IMG/VR virus record: IMGVR_UViG_3300022744_000034
Location: 1 to 54,186 of that record
Reading direction: 5' to 3' (one strand)
DNA length: 54,186 nt
Source: a virus
Taxonomy: Duplodnaviria > Caudoviricetes
In this document: positions 41,963-51,510 of the stretch, piece after piece
Layout of the letters: each line of letters opens with the position of its first letter
Position numbering within the stretch: the stretch's first letter is position 1
Made by a program: the position numbers and the translations under genes
Notes under the pieces: model-generated
Databases searched by the model: none
What the model was told of the DNA's origin: nothing
Seen by the model: only the letters and a program-made list of their open reading frames with translations

Positions 41963-44900
41963 ATGAAACGTTTGATCGTGGACATGTCGTCGGTCATCAA
42001 GCGGTGTTTGTTCGCAGGCGTCGACGCAGAAAACGGGAAGAAGGTCGAGTTCAACGGGAAGGAGGTTCAGGTCAACAGCGGGGTCTATGGTTACGACAAT
42101 GCGATCAACAGCATCGTCGCCTGCCTTGAGACGCTGAACATGGTGCCGGCCGACATGATTCTCGTAGTCGAGTCGGGCCAGTCGAAGTCTCGTCGGCAGC
42201 AGATCTACAAGGGCTACAAGGAGGCACGCGAAGAGCGTCCGCCTGAACTGAATGCGGCCTACGCGGAAGCGCTCGACCTCGTGGTCACGGCGATGCGCAA
42301 CCTCGGCGCCACGGTCGTCACCCAGCCGCACATCGAGGCGGACGACGTGATCGCCTACCTTGCCCGGAACCTGAAGGGGGCGAAGGTCATCTTCTCAGAG
42401 GATGGCGACCTAGCCACGCTGCTTGGCCCGGACGTGTCGCTGTACCGGCAAGGGCAACTCGTTACCGAGAACCCTTACGGCCCGTTCGAGCCGAAGTTCA
42501 TTCCGCTCATGAAGTCGCTGGTTGGCGATGGCAACGAGTACAAGGGCGCGGCCGGGTTCGGGCCGAAGGCGTGGCTTGACCTCCTGGTCAACTACGGCAA
42601 CTACCTCGGCGCACTCGAAACGCTGATCCGGGATCGGCGGCTCGAAGAACTGGAGGACGACGCCAAGGACTTCAAGCCGTTCCGCAAGGTGATCGATGGC
42701 GCGGCCCACGTCTACGAGTCGTATCAGTGTGCACTGCTGCATTCGGAGTGGGTGAATCAGCCCGGAAAGCCGTGGCAGGTTCAAGGTCCGATTCGCGGCG
42801 CTGAAGTGCAGGACTACCGGCTTCGCAGTTTCGGCGCCACAACATCGGTGGTCACGCCGAACTTCACGACGCTGGCCGCGATCACGGCACCGGAAGACGA
42901 CACGAATGTCAAGCGTCGATTCGTCGCGTTTGACTCCGAAATCATTGGCGACGAGCGGCCTGTGTTCCTGACCTGCGCGCAGATGATCGACACGGGCGAG
43001 CAGTTCTCGTTCTGGGCGCACAAGCCGGGCGACATGGCGGCTCTCGCGAAGATGCTGTCGCGCAAGGACCTGACGTGGGTTAGTTTCAACGGTATCAACT
43101 TCGATGCGCCGATCAACGCGCTGGCCGTGTTCGAGGCTTCGGACACGGAAGGGCAGACGCAAGAGCGCGTGTGCGACATCAAGGCGATGGCGCAGGCGAT
43201 CATCGTCGAGAACGTCAAGCCGTGGGAGTTGGGCGAGCGATTCACCTTTCGGGAACTCAGTTTCGATCACATCGACCTCGCTGAGCCGGCGCCAGGTGTT
43301 CGCATCAGCCTGAAAGCCTACGCAGCACGGCTGGCCTACAAGACGATGGTCGACATGCCGTTTGCGCACGACCAGGATCTGACTGAAGACCAACTGCCCG
43401 ACCTTGAACGGTACTGCTTCAACGACCTTGGCGTGACGATCGAACTCTTCAACGCGCTGCGGCCCGAACTCGAACTGCGGGCAAAGATGGGTGCCGAGTA
43501 CGGGGTCGAGTTGCGGAGCAAGTCTGATGCGCAGGTTGCTGAAGCGGTGCTGCGCAGCGTGCTCGGCATCCGTGGTCGCGTTGAGCGCGAGATTCCGCGT
43601 CGCGTTCGCTACACACCGCCGTCGTTCATTCAGACGGATAGCGAGGTGATCCTCGATCTGATGGAAAAGTTGAGCGCGCATGAGTTCGTGGTCAACTACG
43701 CCAATGGATCACCCGAGGCGCCGTCGTTCCTGGATGAACCGATCGAGTTGGGTCACGGCACCTACAAGGTCGGGATCGGTGGCCTGCACAGCACGCATGA
43801 CAAGTCCGTGTTCAAGGAGGCGACGCAGTTCCGATCAATCAGCGACTTCGACGTAGCGTCTTATTACCCAAACATCATGATGAATGCGGGTATCCTGCCG
43901 ACGTTTGGCGGGGACGCCGACCTTGGCAAGAAGTTCATCGACACCTACCGCGACATTTACGAACGGCGTGTCGCTGCGAAGCGAAGCGGGGACAAGTCTG
44001 CGGCCAACACATTGAAGATTGTCCTGAACGGAACGTTCGGCAAGTTGGGCTCACCGTACAGTGCCTTTTACGACCCCGCGCTGATGCTCGGCGTTACGAT
44101 CACGGGCCAGTTGAACTTGATGTGCCTGATCCATGAACTGGAGAAGTTGCCGGGCGTGCTTGTCCTGTCGGCCAACACGGACGGCGTCATGGTTTCGTAT
44201 GGCAACGGTCAGCGTGACAACGTGCTGAAGGCGATCGCGGACAACGCCACGCGCACCGGCTTTGAGTACGAAGAGACGCCCTACGCAAAGGTCGCGGCGA
44301 AGGATTTGAACAACTACATCGCCATCACAGCCGAGAAGGACGCGGCAATCATCAAGCCTGGCGACGTTATCGAGTTGAGCAAGTCGAAGGGCGGTAAGGC
44401 GAAGCGCAAGGGGCTGTATGCGTCCAGCCGCAAGGAAGAGAACCCGCTCTTCCTGATGAAGAACCCGACGATGGAAGTGTGCAGCCGTATGGCGATCGAC
44501 TATCTCATCGACGGCACGCATCCTCGCGAGGCGATCACGAAGTACACGGAAATGCGCGACTTCGTGGCTGTGCGCAGTGTGAAGGGTGGGGGAATTCAGC
44601 CCGATGCAGCCGTTCCGGTCGATGACTGGGTCCTGGTCGTTGACAACGGCAGCGCCAAGAACCTGTGGATGAGGCAGAAGCACATCGACGAAGGGTTCAC
44701 ACCTGACGACAAGTGCGTGGCGATGCGCAAGTCCAAGCCGCATCCTGTCGAAGAGTACATCGGCGGCGAACCGTTTGGCCGACTGGCGCGATGGTACATG
44801 ACGACGGACAAGTTGCCGCCGATCGTCTACGCCAGCAACCGAAACAAGGTTCCGAAGACGGAAGGCGCGAAGATTTGTATGACGCTGCCTGACGAACTGC

Positions 44901-44998
44901 CGACCGACCTTGATCGTGAGTGGTACATCAACGAGACGCTGGAGATTCTGGCAACGCTCGGCGTTCAAGTCACGGAAGAAGTCGCCACAACCGAATAG
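41963..44998 (+). CDS. Family B-type DNA polymerase with N-terminal 5'-3' (FEN/PIN-like) nuclease and 3'-5' exonuclease
   Basis: EADDVI, SEDGDL, LVGD...GFGPKA; FDSE, FNGINFD, YCFND; DVASYYP, KIVLNGTFGK, NTDG. Confidence 0.88.
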   Translation: MKRLIVDMSSVIKRCLFAGVDAENGKKVEFNGKEVQVNSGVYGYDNAINSIVACLETLNMVPADMILVVESGQSKSRRQQIYKGYKEAREERPPELNAAYAEALDLVVTAMRNLGATVVTQPHIEADDVIAYLARNLKGAKVIFSEDGDLATLLGPDVSLYRQGQLVTENPYGPFEPKFIPLMKSLVGDGNEYKGAAGFGPKAWLDLLVNYGNYLGALETLIRDRRLEELEDDAKDFKPFRKVIDGAAHVYESYQCALLHSEWVNQPGKPWQVQGPIRGAEVQDYRLRSFGATTSVVTPNFTTLAAITAPEDDTNVKRRFVAFDSEIIGDERPVFLTCAQMIDTGEQFSFWAHKPGDMAALAKMLSRKDLTWVSFNGINFDAPINALAVFEASDTEGQTQERVCDIKAMAQAIIVENVKPWELGERFTFRELSFDHIDLAEPAPGVRISLKAYAARLAYKTMVDMPFAHDQDLTEDQLPDLERYCFNDLGVTIELFNALRPELELRAKMGAEYGVELRSKSDAQVAEAVLRSVLGIRGRVEREIPRRVRYTPPSFIQTDSEVILDLMEKLSAHEFVVNYANGSPEAPSFLDEPIELGHGTYKVGIGGLHSTHDKSVFKEATQFRSISDFDVASYYPNIMMNAGILPTFGGDADLGKKFIDTYRDIYERRVAAKRSGDKSAANTLKIVLNGTFGKLGSPYSAFYDPALMLGVTITGQLNLMCLIHELEKLPGVLVLSANTDGVMVSYGNGQRDNVLKAIADNATRTGFEYEETPYAKVAAKDLNNYIAITAEKDAAIIKPGDVIELSKSKGGKAKRKGLYASSRKEENPLFLMKNPTMEVCSRMAIDYLIDGTHPREAITKYTEMRDFVAVRSVKGGGIQPDAAVPVDDWVLVVDNGSAKNLWMRQKHIDEGFTPDDKCVAMRKSKPHPVEEYIGGEPFGRLARWYMTTDKLPPIVYASNRNKVPKTEGAKICMTLPDELPTDLDREWYINETLEILATLGVQVTEEVATTE

Positions 44999-45056
44999 TG
45001 TGGTAAGTTAACACCTAGGCGCCCTTACGGGCGCCTCACCATTGAGAAGAACAAGA

Positions 45057-45269
45057 ATGCAAACCAGAAAATGGTCCATGATCGAGGCGCTGAGCAATGT
45101 CGGTGTCGGGTTTGTTGTCTCGTTGGTCAGCCAACTCGCGATCTTCCACCTGTACGGGATCGAGTTGGCGCTGCTGGACAATATCGCAATCACGCTATGG
45201 TTCACGTTGATTTCTATAGTCCGCAGCTATGCCCTGCGTCGTGCCTTCAACAAGTTTAGGGTGGCGTGA
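45057..45269 (+). CDS. Small two-TM phage membrane protein
   Basis: MQTRKWSMIEALSNV.VGF...ISIVRSY.LRR.FN. Confidence 0.75.
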   Translation: MQTRKWSMIEALSNVGVGFVVSLVSQLAIFHLYGIELALLDNIAITLWFTLISIVRSYALRRAFNKFRVA

Positions 45270-45733
45270 TGGCAAGGAAGTTCTCTCCTGAGTGGTGGGC
45301 CGAGCAGCGGCCGGAAGTGGTTGGCAAGGCGACCGAGAAGTTGATCGAGGACGTGTTCGATGAGCTAAACAAGTCGATGTTCTTTGCCTGGCATCGTCTA
45401 CCAGATTCGAAGGCAGCACGTGGCGTTCTCGCGGCACAGCCGGCCGATCACGTTTTCTTCCACATGGGTGTCGGCGGCTTCATCGAGATTAAGGCTCTGA
45501 AGCATGCGTTCCGACTACCTCGTGATCGTGTTTCGCAACTGGCTGTACTGCACAAGTTCGATCATGCCGGTTCGCGCAACTTCGTCATTGTCCACCACTA
45601 CATGACGGGCGTGTGGCGCGTGCTGCCGACGACCAGCCTTGAGGTCGGAGTCCCGAGTTGGGACCTTCGCCCGTTCCCGGAATATCGATCCGCCAACGAG
45701 GCGGTCGCGGCGGTGCTTTCGAGCCTTAACTAG
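45266..45733 (+). CDS. RecU-like PD-(D/E)xK nuclease / Holliday junction resolvase
   Basis: GKATE...RLPD...PAD...IEIK...Q. Confidence 0.65.
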   Translation: MMARKFSPEWWAEQRPEVVGKATEKLIEDVFDELNKSMFFAWHRLPDSKAARGVLAAQPADHVFFHMGVGGFIEIKALKHAFRLPRDRVSQLAVLHKFDHAGSRNFVIVHHYMTGVWRVLPTTSLEVGVPSWDLRPFPEYRSANEAVAAVLSSLN

Positions 45734-45742
45734 GATGACGAC

Positions 45743-46615
45743 ATGAGCAATTTCAAACCGCTGCTCGCAGCAACCGCAGACCTGGACAAGGTCCAGTTCC
45801 CGTGCCTGATTTCGAGAAAACTCGACGGCATCCGTGTGGTCGGGATGAATGGCAAGGCGATGACTCGCACGATGAAGGAGTTGCCAAATAGATTCGTGCA
45901 GTGGGTCTTTGCCACGGGCGCGTTCGATGGGCTCGACGGGGAGATCATCGTGGGTCCGGCCAATGCGCCTGACGTATATCGCGTCACCAACAGCGCGGTA
46001 ATGAGCCGTGACGGCGAGCCGGACTTCCGCTTCCACGTTTTCGACTCCTGGCCACAGCCTTTCCTCGGGTTCGAGGCCCGCCTTGAGACCCTCGTCGAAA
46101 GCACGCACCCGCGCATCGTCCCGGTCAAGCAGATCAAGGTGCACGACATGGCGGGCCTGCTCGATATGGAAGAACAGTGGTTGAGTGAAGGCTACGAAGG
46201 TGTGATGGGTCGGTCACTCGACGGGATTTACAAGCACGGCCGATCCACGATGAAGGAGGGCATCCTTTGGAAGCTGAAGCGCTTTGCCGACCACGAGTAT
46301 GAGGTCGTCGGCTTTGAAGAGTTGCTGCACAACAATAACGAGGCCACGATCAATGAGCTTGGCCGTACTGAAAGAAGTTCGCATATGGAAAACAAGTTCG
46401 GCGGAGGCGTTCTCGGCGCACTTGTAGTCCTACACCCGGAAGCGGGGGAGTTTAGATGCGGTACTGGGTTCAGCGCCTTGGACCGAGCCGAGATTTGGGC
46501 CAATCGCGACAGCTATCTTGGCCGCATGGCCAAGATCAAGCACTTCGAGATCGGTGTTAAGGACAAGCCTCGGTTCCCTGTCTGGTTAGGTTTTCGTGCT
46601 TTGGAGGACATGTAA
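45743..46615 (+). CDS. ATP-dependent DNA ligase
   Basis: KLDGIR, LDGEI, FHVFD, EGVM, KLK, GTGF, PRFP. Confidence 0.92.
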   Translation: MSNFKPLLAATADLDKVQFPCLISRKLDGIRVVGMNGKAMTRTMKELPNRFVQWVFATGAFDGLDGEIIVGPANAPDVYRVTNSAVMSRDGEPDFRFHVFDSWPQPFLGFEARLETLVESTHPRIVPVKQIKVHDMAGLLDMEEQWLSEGYEGVMGRSLDGIYKHGRSTMKEGILWKLKRFADHEYEVVGFEELLHNNNEATINELGRTERSSHMENKFGGGVLGALVVLHPEAGEFRCGTGFSALDRAEIWANRDSYLGRMAKIKHFEIGVKDKPRFPVWLGFRALEDM

Positions 46616-46758
46616 TGGGTCCTGTCACTATCATTGCTATGCTGGAAATTTTGTTAATTGTGGCATTAGTTGTTGCCTGTCTTGTTTTCGCCGGCATGGG
46701 CGCCCACATCTGGTTTCTCTTTTTCAAGGACTTCTCTGAGTGGAGAAAGGGCAAGTGA
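46615..46758 (+). CDS. 47-aa membrane peptide
   Basis: TAATG and GTGA overlaps at both ends; MGPVTIIAMLEILLIVALVVACLVFAGMG... Confidence 0.55.
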   Translation: MGPVTIIAMLEILLIVALVVACLVFAGMGAHIWFLFFKDFSEWRKGK

Positions 46759-47780
46759 AAGTCAAACTGACTACTGACTGGCACCTTGCCAGCAAGCGAG
46801 TGGCGGGCGCGACGCCTGCTTCCAATCAAGCCCTGCAACAGTATCTGGTCGATAGCCTAGATTCTGCGCTGGACCCGGCCTACCCCCACCTGATTTGCGG
46901 CGACCTGCTCAACGACTTCACGGTGGACGCCGGCAACCTGATCGCAGCCTACGGGGTTCTGGCAAAGTTCCTCTCCACGGGCCAGGAAATGGCTGTGCTT
47001 CGGGGCAACCACGACCACCATCCGCGCGGCTTGCAGGTCAGTTCCTTCGACCTGCTGATGTCGATCCTGGAGGCGCAGTTCCCGCGCAATCTGACTGTCG
47101 TGCGCGAGGTACGGCACTGGGCACACTTCATCCTTGTGCCGCATCTGCCCAATAACGAGATTCTGAAGATCGAAGTCGAGAAGTTGGCCGATGTGCGCGA
47201 CAAGGTCGTCGTCTTCCATGCCAACTACGACAACTTCCATGCCGCCGACACGGCTCATTCCCTCAACGTTACACCCGAAATGGCTGCGATGCTGATCGGC
47301 AACGGCAACGTGCTGGTGTTCGGCCATGAGCACGATCATCGCACGCTGTTCGGCGGCAACCTGCTCGTGCTCGGCAACGGCGCCCCGGCCTCAGTCTCGG
47401 ACTGCCTCGGGTCCGGCTGCAAGTTCTCGGCCCTGTTCGATGGTCTGAACTACGAACTGGAGAAGATGGTTGTCATCGACGACGTGTTCGCTCGCGTCGA
47501 TTGGCGCAACGTGGCCGACGCCCCGGACAAGAAGTTCATCCGGGTCGAGGGCGAGGCCACGGCAGCGGAGGCGGCCGAGGTCGTGAGCGCGGCCTCGGCC
47601 CTGCGCCAGCGATCCAATGCGTTCGCCATTTCCAACGCGGTCAAGGTCGACGGCGTGGCCGAGTTCGAGGCGCTGACCGAGATGTCGCTCGATCAAATCA
47701 CTGCGTTCTCGGTGCTTGACGCCTTATTGGCTGAACTCGAACCGCGAGAGCAGGACGTTGTCAAGGAGTTGCTGAAATGA
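46755..47780 (+). CDS. SbcD/Mre11-like metallophosphoesterase nuclease
   Basis: DWH, GDL, GNHD, GHEH. Confidence 0.85.
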   Translation: MKVKLTTDWHLASKRVAGATPASNQALQQYLVDSLDSALDPAYPHLICGDLLNDFTVDAGNLIAAYGVLAKFLSTGQEMAVLRGNHDHHPRGLQVSSFDLLMSILEAQFPRNLTVVREVRHWAHFILVPHLPNNEILKIEVEKLADVRDKVVVFHANYDNFHAADTAHSLNVTPEMAAMLIGNGNVLVFGHEHDHRTLFGGNLLVLGNGAPASVSDCLGSGCKFSALFDGLNYELEKMVVIDDVFARVDWRNVADAPDKKFIRVEGEATAAEAAEVVSAASALRQRSNAFAISNAVKVDGVAEFEALTEMSLDQITAFSVLDALLAELEPREQDVVKELLK

Positions 47781-49873
47781 TCAAGTCGCTGACGCTGACC
47801 TGCTTCGGCAAGCACGAGCAGGCTATCTTTAATTTTTCAGAAGGTACAACGGTCTGGAGGGGTGCCAACGAGAGCGGCAAGTCGACGGCGCTATCCGGGC
47901 TGGCCTACGCGCTGTTCGGTAGCCGTACGTTACCCTCCACCCTTGAGGATATGGTGACGTGGGGCCGCAATGTGCGCGAACTCAAGGTCGTCGTCGAGTA
48001 CGGGGACTTCACGATCACGAGGTCGAAGGCCGGCGCTGAAGTCACGAGCATGGGGCAGGTTCTCGTGACAGGTCAGGTCGAGGTCACGAAGTTCTGCGAG
48101 AACCTGCTCGGGTGCGATGCCAGCACCGCGACAAACATGATGTTCGCCGGGCAGACAGGGCTGCGCGGCGTGCTGGAGTCGGGGCCAAAAGCCACGGCAA
48201 CTTTGCTTGAGCAGGTGTCTGGATTTGACCTGTTCGACCGGGTGCTCGATGCTGCACAGAGCCAGATGTCGCTGGGCTCGGCGGCGATCCAGGAAGACCG
48301 ACTGCGCAACCTCCTGTCTCAGTTGGAAGCGCTGCCCCGAGTCGAGGCGCCGGACGAGGTTTCGTACCAAGCTGCGGTCGGATCGATGAACAGCCGCTCG
48401 ACCGAGATCGCAGACGAACTCAAGGCGCTTCAGCCGAACCTCGACGAGGTCGATGCGGCGATCGCGGCTGAGGTTCATGTCCGCACCCAGCGCGATCAGG
48501 CGGTCTCTGAAATCAACCGCGTTCAGAAGCAGATCAAGGACAACGACGCGGAAACCGCCCGCATCCCGCGCGACGGCAAAGTCAGTGACACGTCTGCACT
48601 TGAGAACCAGATCGCTTCTGCTGCCGAGCACGCGACAACGTTGGCGGCCTATCAGAAGTTTCAGGCTGTGCCAGAGGTTGAGCGGTGGGCTCGTGCGGAG
48701 TTTGATACACACCTGGCAGACATTGACGCTGCGCTCAAAGCAGAGCAAGGCCGTAAGGTGGATCTGAGTCAAGCCACCAAAGTGGCTGAGGCCAAGCTGA
48801 TTTCTAGCAGCACGTGCGGGTTCTGTGGGCAGGACGTGAGCGCGTTTCCCGAAGTGGCCCGGAAGAACGCCGAACTGCAGGCTGAGATTCAGGCAAGTGC
48901 AAACGCACTGACGGAAGCGGATCGGACGATCAAGCACCTTGAGTCCTGCCGCCACGATCTTCTGTCTATTCAAGTGCGGGCACCCCGTGTTCTGGCTGCA
49001 GTCAAGGGCATTGAAGCCTATCTTGACCGTGACGACAACCTTGTCCCGCCGAAATTCTCGTGGCGCGGCGAGGTACCGTCTGCGGAGCAGGTTGACGTTG
49101 CCGCACTGCAGAAGGAACTGGCTACGCTGAAGGAGGCGAACCGTGCCACAATAGCGAACACTGCCAAGTTGGAGTTGTTGATCGAGCAGGGCGCGAAGTT
49201 GCAGGCTCGGCTGCGAGAAGTGACCGAGCGCCGTGACAAGATCCGCGTCATGGGCGACGACGATTTTCAGTACCTGATGAATAAGTCGACGGTGCTGCGG
49301 GCAACGATCGAGTCGCTGGGCAAGGAGCGGGAGAAGGTCGCGGCCGAGGCGCTGGCGCTGGAGCAGGCGTACACCAAGGCACTGGATCAGTGGCGGCAGA
49401 GCGAGAAGGCGAGGGTCGACATCCAGGCCCGTATCGAAGAGACGAAAGCCGAGATCGAGACGTTACAGTTCAACAACCTGCTGGTGCGCAAGATCCGCGC
49501 CGCGCGCCCTGTCGTCGGCAACAAACTGTGGTCGATGGTGCTGGCCAGCGTGTCCGCGATCTTCTCCCAGATGCGGGGCGAGGACTCGATCGTGCAGAAG
49601 GGCGAGGCCGGGTTCCTGATCAATGGCAAGGCGGCAACATCGTACAGCGGCTCGACCCTTGATCTACTGGGCTTGGCGCTGCGCTGTGCTCTGATCAAGA
49701 CGTTCGTGCCGAACTGCAGTTTCCTCGTGCTCGATGAGCCGAGCAGCGCGTGCGATCAGGCCAGGACGAACGCCATGCTTGGCTACATTGCCGCGAGCGG
49801 ATTCAAGCAAGTGCTGCTGGTGACGCACAACGAGGCGAGCGAGAGTTTCGCAGACAACCTGATTGAGTTGTAA
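47777..49873 (+). CDS. SbcC/Rad50-like SMC ATPase
   Basis: GANESGKS, Q-loop, coiled coils, CGFC zinc hook, LVLDEP, VTH. Confidence 0.88.
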   Translation: MIKSLTLTCFGKHEQAIFNFSEGTTVWRGANESGKSTALSGLAYALFGSRTLPSTLEDMVTWGRNVRELKVVVEYGDFTITRSKAGAEVTSMGQVLVTGQVEVTKFCENLLGCDASTATNMMFAGQTGLRGVLESGPKATATLLEQVSGFDLFDRVLDAAQSQMSLGSAAIQEDRLRNLLSQLEALPRVEAPDEVSYQAAVGSMNSRSTEIADELKALQPNLDEVDAAIAAEVHVRTQRDQAVSEINRVQKQIKDNDAETARIPRDGKVSDTSALENQIASAAEHATTLAAYQKFQAVPEVERWARAEFDTHLADIDAALKAEQGRKVDLSQATKVAEAKLISSSTCGFCGQDVSAFPEVARKNAELQAEIQASANALTEADRTIKHLESCRHDLLSIQVRAPRVLAAVKGIEAYLDRDDNLVPPKFSWRGEVPSAEQVDVAALQKELATLKEANRATIANTAKLELLIEQGAKLQARLREVTERRDKIRVMGDDDFQYLMNKSTVLRATIESLGKEREKVAAEALALEQAYTKALDQWRQSEKARVDIQARIEETKAEIETLQFNNLLVRKIRAARPVVGNKLWSMVLASVSAIFSQMRGEDSIVQKGEAGFLINGKAATSYSGSTLDLLGLALRCALIKTFVPNCSFLVLDEPSSACDQARTNAMLGYIAASGFKQVLLVTHNEASESFADNLIEL

Positions 49874-49890
49874 CAACACGGAGAAGAAGA

Positions 49891-50094
49891 ATGAACGGTG
49901 CTGTTCTGATTGGCCTCGTCCCTGGCGAGGAAGGTTACAAAATCGGCATGTCGATCAATGGGCAGAAGATGACGACCATCGGGCTCGACCAAGCCCTGTC
50001 TGTAGCGGAAACGCTGACGACCTTGCTGGACGGGCTGGGCTTCTTCGGTGAGGAAGAGGGTGAAGATGAAGGTGACGCAGGGAGAGTGCATTGA
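49891..50094 (+). CDS. Small acidic hypothetical protein
   Basis: GGAGA RBS; 67 aa. Confidence 0.6.
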   Translation: MNGAVLIGLVPGEEGYKIGMSINGQKMTTIGLDQALSVAETLTTLLDGLGFFGEEEGEDEGDAGRVH

Positions 50095-50537
50095 TTAAGC
50101 CTCATCCCACGGAAGACAAGTGGGATCACAGATTCCTAGATCTGGCGGAACATATCGCGCTGTGGTCAAAGGACGATAGCACGAAAGTTGCTTCCGTTAT
50201 TTCCGACTCTACGCACCGCATCATCAGCCTCGGATACAACGGATTCCCGAGAGGCGTCGACGACTCGATACTGAGTCGTGAGCAGAAACTCATGCGGACA
50301 ATTCACGCCGAGGCTAATGCGCTACATTTCGCAGGCCACAACGTATCCGGGTGCAGCCTCTACGTCACGCACCCGCCCTGCAGCCACTGTGCTGCGCACA
50401 TCATTCAGCGGGGTATTGCTCGCGTGGTGTTCAACCGACCTGACGAGCAGTTCTTGAGCCGATGGTATGCGTCATACCAAGAGTCACTTGCTATGTTTAG
50501 TGAGGCCGGAACGATTGTTCTTGAGAGATTAAAATGA
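50091..50537 (+). CDS. dCMP deaminase
   Basis: GYNGFP, HAEANA, PCSHC. Confidence 0.9.
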   Translation: MIKPHPTEDKWDHRFLDLAEHIALWSKDDSTKVASVISDSTHRIISLGYNGFPRGVDDSILSREQKLMRTIHAEANALHFAGHNVSGCSLYVTHPPCSHCAAHIIQRGIARVVFNRPDEQFLSRWYASYQESLAMFSEAGTIVLERLK

Positions 50538-51334
50538 AGAAAGAAGCTATCTCGTGCGAATACATCATGCATATGGGCGACGACCTGAACGTAGTCAACA
50601 ACGCCCGCGTGTCTTTTGACAAGGAAAGCGACGCTCTGACTGAGAGTGATGCGGGTCTTATCCGCTTCCTAGCCACGGGCTTTCGCAAGTCCGAGTGGAA
50701 TAGGATGATCCGTGGCGTTCGGACGATGAGCGACCTAGAAGTCCATCGCCTGTTCCTGATGTTGCGCCGACACGCCACGCATTGGGCACCAATGGCCCAC
50801 CCGCATGTGCAGATGCGGATCACTGCGCCGCTGTTCCTGGCTCGCCAGTACGTGAAGCACCAGGTCGGCCTGACGTGGAGCGAGGTGTCACGCCGCTACG
50901 TGGATGATGCGCCCAGCTTCTGGTTCCCGGATGGGTGGCGTGCTCGCCCTGAGGGCGGGATCAAGCAGGGGTCAAGTGACGCCCTCGTGACCTCGCTGAA
51001 GGCTAAAGACGGCAACGGGGAGTTCTACGTTGACCCGGCCAACGTCTCTGAGGAGCTTGCCGCGATCAACCTAGAGGTCTACATCGAGATGGTCAGGGCG
51101 GGCATCGCCCCCGAGCTTGCTCGCATCAACCTGCCGCAGAACATGATGGTCACGTGGCGCTGGACGGGCAGCCTCGCTGCGTTTGCTCGCGTTTGCCAAC
51201 AGAGGCTCGATGAGCACGCGCAAAAGGAAGCGCAAATTCTTGGCAAACAGATCAGCGAAATTCTTCAGCCTCTGTTTCCGGTCAGTTGGGATGCGATGGT
51301 CGGGGAGTGCTTGGGTCACTTGGAGATAAAGTAA
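50534..51334 (+). CDS. thyX: Flavin-dependent thymidylate synthase
   Basis: VVNNARVSF, HWAP, ARQYVKHQ...SEVSRRY, APELAR..LPQ, R...HAQKE. Confidence 0.9.
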   Translation: MKKEAISCEYIMHMGDDLNVVNNARVSFDKESDALTESDAGLIRFLATGFRKSEWNRMIRGVRTMSDLEVHRLFLMLRRHATHWAPMAHPHVQMRITAPLFLARQYVKHQVGLTWSEVSRRYVDDAPSFWFPDGWRARPEGGIKQGSSDALVTSLKAKDGNGEFYVDPANVSEELAAINLEVYIEMVRAGIAPELARINLPQNMMVTWRWTGSLAAFARVCQQRLDEHAQKEAQILGKQISEILQPLFPVSWDAMVGECLGHLEIK

Positions 51335-51396
51335 TGGTTGCCCCACCGCTTCCAGGCAGGATGCCTCCACCGCCCGACAAGCAATAACTAGTCACC

Positions 51397-51489
51397 GCCC
51401 GCCTGTGGGGCCACTCGGCCCAGGCTATCGTCAGGTCAGCATGACGAGCATACTGAATAAAGGATGCTGCGGGAAAAACGCAGGCGGGC
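51397..51489 (+). ncRNA. Candidate cloverleaf-like structured element upstream of the xis-int genes
   Basis: GCCCGCCTG/CAGGCGGGC closes three inner hairpins. Confidence 0.35.
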
Positions 51490-51510
51490 ACCTCAACTAG
51501 GAGAAGCAAG

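Noticed and set aside
45057-46758. Lysis cassette from the small membrane proteins
   Set aside because: No endolysin or spanin adjacent; they lie within the replication operon.
42410-48973. Long minus-strand ORFs (42410-43681, 44051-44968, 47930-48973; likewise 33589-34644 and 21461-22297)
   Set aside because: Antisense shadows of GC3-rich real genes; no motifs or RBS.
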